This document shows positions 29,738-38,992 of a stretch of DNA of 64,000 nucleotides, piece after piece. Source of the stretch: a bacterium (GTDB taxonomy: Bacteria; Hinthialibacterota; Hinthialibacteria; Hinthialibacterales; Hinthialibacteraceae); the NCBI GenBank assembly GCA_963663405.2, contig CAXXSM010000053.1, positions 194,568 through 258,567 on the forward strand, read 5' to 3'. How positions within the stretch are numbered: position 1 is the stretch's first letter; every line of letters begins with the position of its first letter. The position numbers were made by a program, and so were the translations under genes. The notes under the pieces were generated by a model that did no database searches, had not been told where the DNA came from, and worked only from the letters and a program-made list of their open reading frames with translations.

Positions 29738-31381
29738 TTAATAAACTGACCAGTTTTCGACCGGTGTTCCGGGGTCGTTTGGGTCGAGGATGACGCCGCT
29801 TCCCCAGCGGACCCAGTCGACTGTCATGGTTCCCCAACTTGGATTGGGCCAGCCGATGTCTACGCGGCCGTCGATGTCGACTTCGGGCCAGCCCGCCCAG
29901 CCAGTGCCGTGGAATGTGACGGCGGGGGCGCTGAAATCGCGGTTGATGTAGACATCGTATTCACTTTGAGGGGCGTTGGCCGCGCTATTGCCGGGATCGA
30001 GGAGGAGTTCGTACCGGTACGCTTCGTTGAAGCGGCAGACGACTGTGAAGGTGTTGAATCCGGTGAGATCGCTCTCGTAAATTGGATCGTCTCCATTCAG
30101 GTTCCAGCCGCCGAACCGGTCCTGCGCGAAACTGGGCTGCCAGGATTCGTCTCCAGGGTGGAATTCATCATTGATCATGCACGCGATCGTGCAATGGGGG
30201 CCATTGGCGTCGTCCCCATCTTCTTCATCGATGCGGAAACTCGCTTCCACTGTGTAGGGGACCACCCAGGTCGTGTCATGGACCATATAGAAATTGGCGT
30301 CACCTTTGTCATCGATGACAGTAACCGTTCCATCCGCATTCTGGGTTAAGACACCATCCGCGTTGGAGCCGTATGGTTCCCAGCCTTCGGCTTGGTAATC
30401 TGTTAATTCGCTGGTGACATCCCATTGGCCGATATTGGTTTGAGCGAGTTGCGCGTCGAATCCTTCCGCTACGCCGGTGCGGTACAAGCCTGTTGTGTCA
30501 TTTCGTCCACCGCGCCACATCATGAAATTACCTCCGCCAAGGTAGACGACCGAGGCGTAGTAATTGCGGTTTTCGTTCCATGAGCCCGCGCCGCCAAGAC
30601 CCGCGACGTTATCCATGGTGTACCACGGTTCCCAGTTGAATCCATCCGATGAGACGAGGTATTGATTTTCCGTATTGGTTTCAAACGCCCACATGCGGTA
30701 ATCGTTCTGGCCGATGGCAAGAATACAAGATGGCTGCATCGCGGGTGGGAGGGGGACGATATCAAAATCGATGAATTCGTATCCATCCAAGGATGTGGCC
30801 AACATGATGCCATCCCCCGCACGGTAAAACATGCGAAACGGTTCTTCTTGACCGGGCATGTATAGCACAGCGTGTCCGTCGGGGTATGTGCCGAGGGAGG
30901 AGTCAAGAGCGGAGATGGCGAGTTGGTCATTTTCAAAATTGATCCCATCTGCGCTTTCCGCTACGCGGACTTGCCATACCTCTTCTGGATTGCCGTAATA
31001 ATAGATCCGGAAAGGTTTTTCCCACGAAGGTTCGTAGAGAACGACAGCCCGTCCAGCCTTCGATTCGCCTTCCTCGTTCAAACCGCTTACGGCCACTTGG
31101 TTTGTCCATGTGATTCCATCCGCGGATTGGGCGTACGCGATGCCATTAATGCTGGCGTAATCGAACCACATGCGGAAGCGGGATTCGGCGGGCCAATCCT
31201 CATTGTAGAGCACATAAGGCATATAGGAGCGGTCCCCCACTTCGTTCAATTCGAGTGGATTGACGTCAGGCCGATCCGTCCATTCAATCATCCATTTTTC
31301 TTGGGCGTCGACTGAACCCATTGAAACCAGGACTACTGCGAAAAGAACTGTGAAACGCCGAACATACTGCTTCATGATCAT
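29738..31381 (-). CDS. Secreted beta-propeller glycosidase-like protein with C-terminal beta-sandwich and VxNWxxY tail
   Basis: Signal VDA-Q; repeated SADGITW/SADGINF/SLDGYEF/SSDGFNW blades; ends GTPVENWSVY. Confidence 0.75.
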   Translation of the reverse strand: MIMKQYVRRFTVLFAVVLVSMGSVDAQEKWMIEWTDRPDVNPLELNEVGDRSYMPYVLYNEDWPAESRFRMWFDYASINGIAYAQSADGITWTNQVAVSGLNEEGESKAGRAVVLYEPSWEKPFRIYYYGNPEEVWQVRVAESADGINFENDQLAISALDSSLGTYPDGHAVLYMPGQEEPFRMFYRAGDGIMLATSLDGYEFIDFDIVPLPPAMQPSCILAIGQNDYRMWAFETNTENQYLVSSDGFNWEPWYTMDNVAGLGGAGSWNENRNYYASVVYLGGGNFMMWRGGRNDTTGLYRTGVAEGFDAQLAQTNIGQWDVTSELTDYQAEGWEPYGSNADGVLTQNADGTVTVIDDKGDANFYMVHDTTWVVPYTVEASFRIDEEDGDDANGPHCTIACMINDEFHPGDESWQPSFAQDRFGGWNLNGDDPIYESDLTGFNTFTVVCRFNEAYRYELLLDPGNSAANAPQSEYDVYINRDFSAPAVTFHGTGWAGWPEVDIDGRVDIGWPNPSWGTMTVDWVRWGSGVILDPNDPGTPVENWSVY

Positions 31382-31786
31382 TCTCCTTCTTTTTCTGGGA
31401 TTCCATGTGATTATTAGAATGATGTTAAGATACTGTTAGAATAAATTAAAAATCTTTTGATATGGAATCATAATAATTCGATTTTTTAAAGGGGGAGAGA
31501 ATGAGAAAAGGAGCAGGGGATTGAGAATTTTAAATAGATTTTATTAACTAATTAAGAGATCGTCTTTAAAATCGTGTTTGAGTTGGAGCGTCTAATACTA
31601 TTATATGGTAATGGATATATGGTAATGGATCTAAAAAAATATGCGTTTTGTTTGTGCGTTTTTTACTTTGTGAAGGTGTGTAGTAGCAGTAGAATATGTA
31701 GATCGATCGAACCGGAACTGATTCTGTAGTATATTACTCATCAGGATTATGGAGTTCCTAAGAACTTTAACTATAGCGAGGGGATT

Positions 31787-33253
31787 TTGAAAGTACTGAT
31801 TGCGTCATCGGAAATTTCGCCTTTGGCAAAAACTGGGTGTCTGGCGGACGCTTTAGGGAGTCTCGCCAAGCGGTTGGCAAAACAAGGTATCGATGTGTCG
31901 CTGGTCATGCCGAAATACCGGACCGTCTCGCACGCGGGGGAGGATTTGGGTGAACTCCAGATTCCAATACAGGGACAGATCGTTTGTGGGCGGATTGAAC
32001 GGATTGTTTTGCCGGATACGGAGATCCCGGTTTATCTTATTGTTCAAGATGATTACTACGATCGTGAATATCTCTATACCGAAAAAGATCCGGAGACGCA
32101 GGAATTCAGAGATTTTCCGGACAATTTGGAGCGTTATACATTCTTTTGCCGGGCGGTCCTCGATCTGGTGAAACGGAATGTGGTTGACGCGCAGATTATC
32201 CACGCCAACGATTGGCAAACCGCGCTAATTCCAGCGTATTTAAAGACCGTCTTCTCCCGCGATCCTGCTTTGCGGGAAATTAAAACTCTTTTCACATTTT
32301 ATGATCTGAGTTACCAGGGATGTTTTCCCGGTTCGTCGCTGTCTGTTACGGGGATTGGGATACATCACTTCCACTTGGATGAGTTGGAATTCTATGGTCA
32401 GCTCAATCTTGTGAAGGGCGGTGTTGTATTCGCCGATTATCTGAATACGGTCAGCCCCACATACGCAGGAGAGATCCAAACGGAGGCGTATGGTTTTGGA
32501 TTGGAAGGCGTTTTGTACCGGCGGCGAAATCGGTTGTTTGGGATCTCGAATGGTTTCGAATATCAGGAGTGGGCGCCGGAAACGGACACATTTATTCCAG
32601 CGGCTTATTCCAGCGAGGATTTTCAAGAGAAAAAATCGATCAACAAAGAAGAATTACGAAGGGTGTTTCAACTGCGTTCCCAACCGGGCCGCGCGCCGTT
32701 GTTTGGTTTTATCGGTCCGTTGGATTGCAATAAAGGGGCGGATTTATTGTTGGAGATTGTGCCGCGCCTGATGGATCAAGGGGCGCAACTGGTTTTGCTG
32801 GGATCGGGCGCAAAAGAATTGGAAGAGAAATTTAAAGATTATCAATCCCGCTTTCCTAAGCAGATCGGATTGAAGACACTATTCAATAACGCTCTCGCGC
32901 ATTTAATCGAAGCCGGTTCAGACCTGTTTCTTATGCCTTCCCGGTATGAGCCTTGTGGTTTGCATCATATTGTTTCCCTGCGATATGGAACGATTCCCGT
33001 TGTTCACCATACGGGGTGTTTGGCGGATACGATCAAAGACATTGATGAGAATCCAGAAGGGAACGGTTTTTCGTTCCCCCGCGATCATGTGGAGGAATTG
33101 TGGGACGCCTGTCAGCGCGCGATTGCGGTGTATGAGCAGGAAGAGCGCTGGACCGGCTTAATACGCCGCGTGATGCGTGAGGATTATTCTTGGGAGAGTG
33201 TGGATTCGGTTCAGAAATATATACAATTGTATGAGACGATTCTTGAGGATTAG
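31787..33253 (+). CDS. glgA: Glycogen synthase (GT5) homolog with degenerate conserved motifs
   Basis: SEISPLAKTG, HANDWQT, TVSPTYA, MPSRYEPCG, DYSW. Deviations: KTGCL, TFYDLSYQG, IGPLDCNKG, HHTGCLADT. Confidence 0.88.
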   Translation: MKVLIASSEISPLAKTGCLADALGSLAKRLAKQGIDVSLVMPKYRTVSHAGEDLGELQIPIQGQIVCGRIERIVLPDTEIPVYLIVQDDYYDREYLYTEKDPETQEFRDFPDNLERYTFFCRAVLDLVKRNVVDAQIIHANDWQTALIPAYLKTVFSRDPALREIKTLFTFYDLSYQGCFPGSSLSVTGIGIHHFHLDELEFYGQLNLVKGGVVFADYLNTVSPTYAGEIQTEAYGFGLEGVLYRRRNRLFGISNGFEYQEWAPETDTFIPAAYSSEDFQEKKSINKEELRRVFQLRSQPGRAPLFGFIGPLDCNKGADLLLEIVPRLMDQGAQLVLLGSGAKELEEKFKDYQSRFPKQIGLKTLFNNALAHLIEAGSDLFLMPSRYEPCGLHHIVSLRYGTIPVVHHTGCLADTIKDIDENPEGNGFSFPRDHVEELWDACQRAIAVYEQEERWTGLIRRVMREDYSWESVDSVQKYIQLYETILED

Positions 33254-33300
33254 GTGGGTAGGGGTTATGGCGCCTTTTATGGTGGGCTATGTTGCGTTAT

Positions 33301-33333
33301 GGTGGGCTACGCTGCGCTTTTAGCCCACCCTAC
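33301..33333. repeat. GTAG-type REP (family A)
   Basis: ggtgggctacgctgcgcttttagcccaccctac. Confidence 0.8.
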
Positions 33334-33386
33334 ATGTAATTTAGCCCACTTGTCTACTTGTCTTGTCTTAGATTCTAGGAAAACTT

Positions 33387-35494
33387 ATGCCGAAACACTC
33401 GGAGATTTATCTGCATATTTTCTGGCATCAGCATCAGCCTTGGTATCCCGCGCCGGGGGAGAATCGTTGTGTGATGCCGTGGGTTCGTTTGCATGGGATT
33501 AAAGATTATTACGACATGGCGGCGCTCTGCCAGCAGCATCCCGGCTGGAAGCAGACGATCAATTTAGTTCCATCGTTGATTGAGCAGCTGGAAGGTTATG
33601 GGAGCGGCGCTCTGACTGACGGCGCATTGGAGTTGAGCCGCAAGCCGGCTGAGGAACTGACCTCCGAGGAACAATCGATCGTTCTCAAGCGTTTTTTCGA
33701 CGCTCATGCGCCGCGGATGATTCATCCGTATCCACGCTATGATGAATTGCTGCGGAAACGCGACGCTTCCCGGCAGGATCAACATAGACGATTTTCCGAA
33801 CAGGATTTGCTCGATCTTCAAGTTTGGTTCAATCTGGTTTGGTTCGATCCGATCTGGTTGGAAAATTCGGATCGCCCTTTGAAAGAACTTCTTCGCAAGC
33901 AGCGTGGTTTTACGGAAGAGGAAAAACAGCAGGTTCTCGATCTTCAGATTGAGGTGATACAAGAGATCATTCCCTTGCACCGGCGGTTGCATGAGGAGAA
34001 GGCGCTTGAGATCACCTGTTCGCCGTATTACCATCCCATACTGCCGCTTTTGATGGATACGAACATCGCTCAGGTTTCCAATCCGCGTGATCCTGTGCCC
34101 GATCCGCCATTCTCGTTTCCGGATGACGCGGCGTGGCAGATTCGCGAGGGGCGCCGGTCTTTTGAATCGGTTCTCGGTTTCCAGCCATCGGGGATGTGGC
34201 CGTCGGAAGGTTCGGTGTCTGATGCTGTCTGCGCGTTGATGGCGCGGGAGGGAGTTGGATACTTCGCGACGGATGAGGATATTCTCTTCAACTCCGTTCC
34301 GGTTCATGGGAAAAGGCCGCTGGAAACGAAGTGAGTTGTTCCGTCTTCAGCGGCTTGTGACGGAATCGGGCGAGATTGATTGTGTGTTTCGGGATCATGG
34401 ACTATCCGACCGGATCGGTTTTGTTTACCGGGATATGGATCCTAAAGAGGCGGCCAAGGATTTTATTACTAACTTGAAGCGGATTGGGACGAACTGGCGG
34501 GGGGGACGCGCCTCCATTGGTGAATGTGATTCTCGATGGCGAAAACTGCTGGGAGTTTTATCCGCGGGATGGCCATGATTTTTTGCATGAGATGATCGAG
34601 GGAATCTTACAAGATTCGCAGATTCATCCAATTACGGTTCCGGAGTATCGGGAACTGTATCCGCCCAAGCCTACATTAAAGTCGATTTTTCCTGGATCGT
34701 GGATCAATCACAATTTTCGGATCTGGATCGGCCATCAGGAAGACAATGCGGCGTGGCGTTTTGTTCATACGGCGCGCGAGTGTCTCACGCAGGCGCAGGA
34801 TGGGTTGGATGAAGAGACGCGCCGGGAGGCGTGGCGGGAGTTGTATATTTGTGAGGGGAGCGATTGGTTCTGGTGGTTCGGCGATATCAACTCGTCGGCG
34901 CATGATGATTTGTTCGACGCGCAGTTCCGCAATCATCTTACGCGCCTTTACGAACTGATTGGGCAGCCCGTTCCGGAAACGCTGAAACGTCCGATCAAGC
35001 AGCCGAAGAAAGTGGGGAAGGGCGGTGGATTGTTCTTCCAAAAGCCGAAGATCGATGGGGAAGGCAAGGGATATTACGATTGGGTCGGCGCGCGGGTTCT
35101 TACGGCTCCCATCGGCGGGGGGGCCATGCATCAAGCCGGTGGCGCGGAGGCGCATGTGCAGTTTGGACGTATTGAAGAGGAACTTTCCTTTTCCATCCAA
35201 TTTTCCGAAGCGATTCTGGATGAAGAAACCCGCGTTTCATTATGCGTCACCAAACCCACGTTGAAGACGGTTCCCGTCTATCCGGCTGATGGGGATATGG
35301 AATCTTATCTAATGGATTCGCGATTGATGGGGACGGTTAATTTGAATAATCTCGGCGTTGATCCAGCGCGGGAAGTCTGGTTCTTCTTCCAATTCGAACC
35401 GGTGGACGCGCCGGTTTTTTCGATTCCTCATGGGAATGAATTGTATCTACCAAGTTACTCTCCTACGAATACGAGTGTGTATTGGTTTTTGTGA
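33387..35494 (+). CDS. Glycoside hydrolase family 57 (amylopullulanase-like), two frameshifts near 34320 and 34500
   Basis: WHQHQP, MPWVRLH..KDYYDM, PYYHPILPLL, GMWPSEG (nucleophile), FRDHGLSDRIGF, ILDGENCWE (acid/base), EGSDWFWW, spread over three consecutive ORFs. Confidence 0.9.
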
Positions 35495-35686
35495 TTCGCA
35501 ATTTGTCTATTGTTTAGTTCGTTCTCACCTCATACATCAAACTTATATACAAATATCCAGCTTATTGATCGATTTCTCTCCAATTCAGGAAAAAAGTACT
35601 TGACATTTTTTTGATATCGCGATATCTGTGGATCAAGGTTTTTGTTATTTAACCCACAAATAAACGGATAGAGACTTGATCGGGGG

Positions 35687-38601
35687 GTGATTATGAGACT
35701 TTTTGGAACGATGTTTATCATTTCTTTAGCTTTTTCGTCTTTCTCCTTTGCAGAGAAACCTGATTTAATTATCGGCTATAAAAATGTGTATGACGCGGAG
35801 CACTCGCACGATGCGGAGAAGATTGCTGTAGCGACAAATTTGGGGATTTTTATATTTAACACAGAGTCTATGAAGCTTTTGTCGTACCGGCTTTTTGATG
35901 AAGGGCTGAAATACCTGGATTGGTCTCCGAATGACAACTACATTTTTGCTTCAAATCCGGATACTCAAGAGAATTATATTCTTGATGCCATTTCATTAGA
36001 AATAACCGCTATTGTAAATGATACTATAGAATTTCATATTGAAAGCGCATGGGTTTCAACTTGTCTTATAAATTATGATAATACTGTTTCATTCAATCAT
36101 GATGAAGACAATTTTTATTATTTAGATTCACATAGTTTGAACAAAATCGATCTAAATTATGGAACGAAAGAGATAATTTTTTCTTCGAATCAAGGAGTCC
36201 CATACGCATTTGGTTTTTTAGAGAATAATAATGAGATTTGGATATCTACACGCGATAGATACATCTATTTATACGACATCATTACGAAGAAACTAAGTAC
36301 TATATTATCTCCGCAAGATGTTTACTTAACGAATAGACATGATATATTTGATGTGTCAAAGATAGTAAATATGCGTTAGCATATTCTATTAATTATGACG
36401 ATTTTAGTGGCATATATTTTGTATATTTACATATTATTAATTTGGAAAATTACGCAGAACAAGCAATATGGGGGAGCGATACTACTAACCCTGAATACAG
36501 ATCAAGAGCAATTGTATTGGATGAGGAGAATATATTAATATACCAGATTCTTGGTAGTATGATTATGTATAACGTAACAAATGGATCAGAAATATTTCTC
36601 ACCTCCATTTATTCACAATTTGGGACACCGGTTTCAACACAAAGAAATTCAATATTGTATAACGGCATTAGTACATCTCCTACATTGGATGAATATATAT
36701 GGACAGAAAAAATAAATAGAGAGATCTTACCTTTCTATGATAACAACTTACTGACTTTTAAAAACACAACAAATAATCATCTCGTACTGGAACATCCATT
36801 TAAACATATTGATGTTGCGTCACAGGATAGAATTGATAGTGTGACGGAAGAGTTGGAGTATGAATTTAGAGAACCCAGCGCGTTCTCAGACGATGATTCC
36901 TTATTCGCTTCCGCGACGAATGACGGGAAAGTACTGATATGGGATATGGATGAAAACGGCTTCCTAAAAAGGGATAAAATCGATGGAACGGAGAATTCCA
37001 ATCATATCACGTTTTCACCAAACAACCGTTATTTAGCCTTGGCGCGCAATCAAATTGCGCTTTATGACAGGCAAAAGGATTGGAAAGAAAAGAATATTCT
37101 TGATGGACATACGGGCGCAATCTACTCACTCGACTTTGCTATGGATTCAAGTCATATGGCGAGTGGCGGTGAAGATGGGAAATTGGTTGTATGGGATTTA
37201 AGTACGTTAGAAGGACAAACGATTCTCCAGATTGATCAACCCATAAAATTTGTTACTTATTTTGAAGACAATTCTATTCTGTACGTCACAAGTAGTGGAA
37301 AGATCTATCGTTATCGGATTGGCGAGCTACAATTATTAAATGATGAACTCAACCTAGAAGATATCAGTGCAGTAACGATCACGGATGATAAGAGATATTT
37401 AATTGTAGACGGAAGTGTTTTCGACACGTCCACAGGCGATCTACTCGGTGAGTTTGGAAAAGAAGAAAGTTACATCAAATATGATGTCTCATACAACAAC
37501 GAATGGATCGCTGGATATCAAGGAGACACGGTTGTCCGAGTTTGGGATTTCCAAAAAATTATCGAACAAGAACCTATAACGCCAACGAATATTCCTACTA
37601 GTATACCGACTGACATTCCAACTAGCATCCCAACTAGCATTCCAACTAACTTTTTAACTAACACCCCAACAAATATCCCAACTAGTATCCCTACTAACAT
37701 TCCAACAAGCAGCCCAACAAATACACCAATTATTCAACCCACACAAACTCCGACGAATCCTCCACCGACACTTACACCAACGCCAAGTCCGACATCAGCG
37801 ATTGCATTAAACACAGTTATCGTAACCGATGATATGACTAGTTCTGAAGATCTTAGTGGTGGTATTGATGAAGATGGAGAATCCGATCGATGTTTAGTAA
37901 TTCGCTGGAATTTATCCTATGAAGATATCCAAGATACTCATGTATATGTGTCAATCGACGGTGGACCAATACACTTATTTAGGACGAACGGGTAATCCAT
38001 CAGATCATTATCTGGAATGGAAAGAGGGAACCACCGCTACGTTGAAACAGCAATATCTAGAGGGACCGGAATACGACCATCGTTACTCATTCGCAGTTTA
38101 CGTAATCACACAAAGTGGCGTTCCCCATCACTATGGACCGGTGCAAACAATGGGAGAAGTCCAATATGTCGCCGAAGGACAATCCATACCTACGCCAGCG
38201 CCCATAACACCCAACACAGTCATCGTCACAGACGACATCCTGACATTTGAGGATCTAAGCAGCCAAATAGATTATGACGATACAAGTAATCGTTCGTTGG
38301 TTGTCCGGTGGAATTATCCAGAATCCGATATCAGAGAATTACCCACGTTTACGTGTCTAAGAATTCTGGAGCATGGCAGTATTTAGGCCAGTCCGTTGAA
38401 TAATACTAACAACTATCTTAACTGGACCCAAAAATCAGCAACACATTAATTCGTTATTTGAGGATGGCCCCCAGTTTGAGGAATGATTATTTGTTCAGTG
38501 TATTTGCCATACGTGAGGATCATGGTCCTGGGAATATGAGTGTTTATGGACCGATTAACAATGCAGGGAATGTTCGATGTGTAAATGAAATTTTAGAGTA
38601 G
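35687..38601 (+). CDS. Secreted WD40-repeat protein with Pro/Thr linker and two copies of an unrecognised C-terminal domain; several frameshifts; AT-rich
   Basis: Signal SFA-E; GHTGAIYSLDF...ASGGEDGKLVVWD; PT repeats; two NTVIVTDD..EDLS domains. ORFs 35687-36379, 36442-37995 and 37919-38386 are colinear. Confidence 0.7.
37582..37728 (+). repeat. In-frame 12-bp tandem repeat encoding a PT(N/S/D)I linker
   Basis: PTNIPTSIPTDIPTSIPTSIPTNFLTNTPTNIPTSIPTNIPTSSPTNTP. Confidence 0.9.
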
Positions 38602-38992
38602 GGTGGTGCTAAAAGCGAAGCGTAGCCCACCGATGATTGATTTATCAGTATGAGATTATTCAAGCAATTTAATATGTGATGGGAGAATTTGGTGTTTGTA
38701 TTGTATGTATAACTTGTAAGTTTATTCGATAGTAAGTTATGGTGGGCTACACTTCGTTTTTAGCCCACCCTACTTTTCTATTTTGTCAGAATCAGGATGG
38801 ACTGGATTTTTAGGATAAACAGGATAAGGTATTAAATAGTCATCCTGAATATCCTGCCCATCTTGTATATCCAGATTCAGACAAATATTTACCGATACGC
38901 TTACAATCCATCCCTTTATAGGTATTGTATTAGTTGCAAAATATATCCTATTCGGTTATGGTGGGCTACACTTCGTTTTTAGCCCACCCTAC
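38598..38992. repeat. Cluster of three family A REPs (38598-38631 inverted, 38741-38773, 38960-38992) with a family C element (38782-38885)
   Basis: gtagggtggtgctaaaagcgaagcgtagcccacc; ggtgggctacacttcgtttttagcccaccctac twice; tttgtcagaatcaggat...atccagattcagacaaa. Confidence 0.85.

Noticed and set aside
29112-29793. ORFs 29112-29381, 29131-29364 and 29596-29793, and similar ORFs at 33254 and 38934 containing MGYASLLAHPT-like or GLRFAFSPSY peptides
   Set aside because: The shared peptides are translations of the family A REP, not a protein family.
35460-35494. GH57 C-terminus TSVYWFL as another copy of the C-terminal sorting motif
   Set aside because: The spacing differs and the protein has no signal peptide, so the resemblance is probably coincidental.
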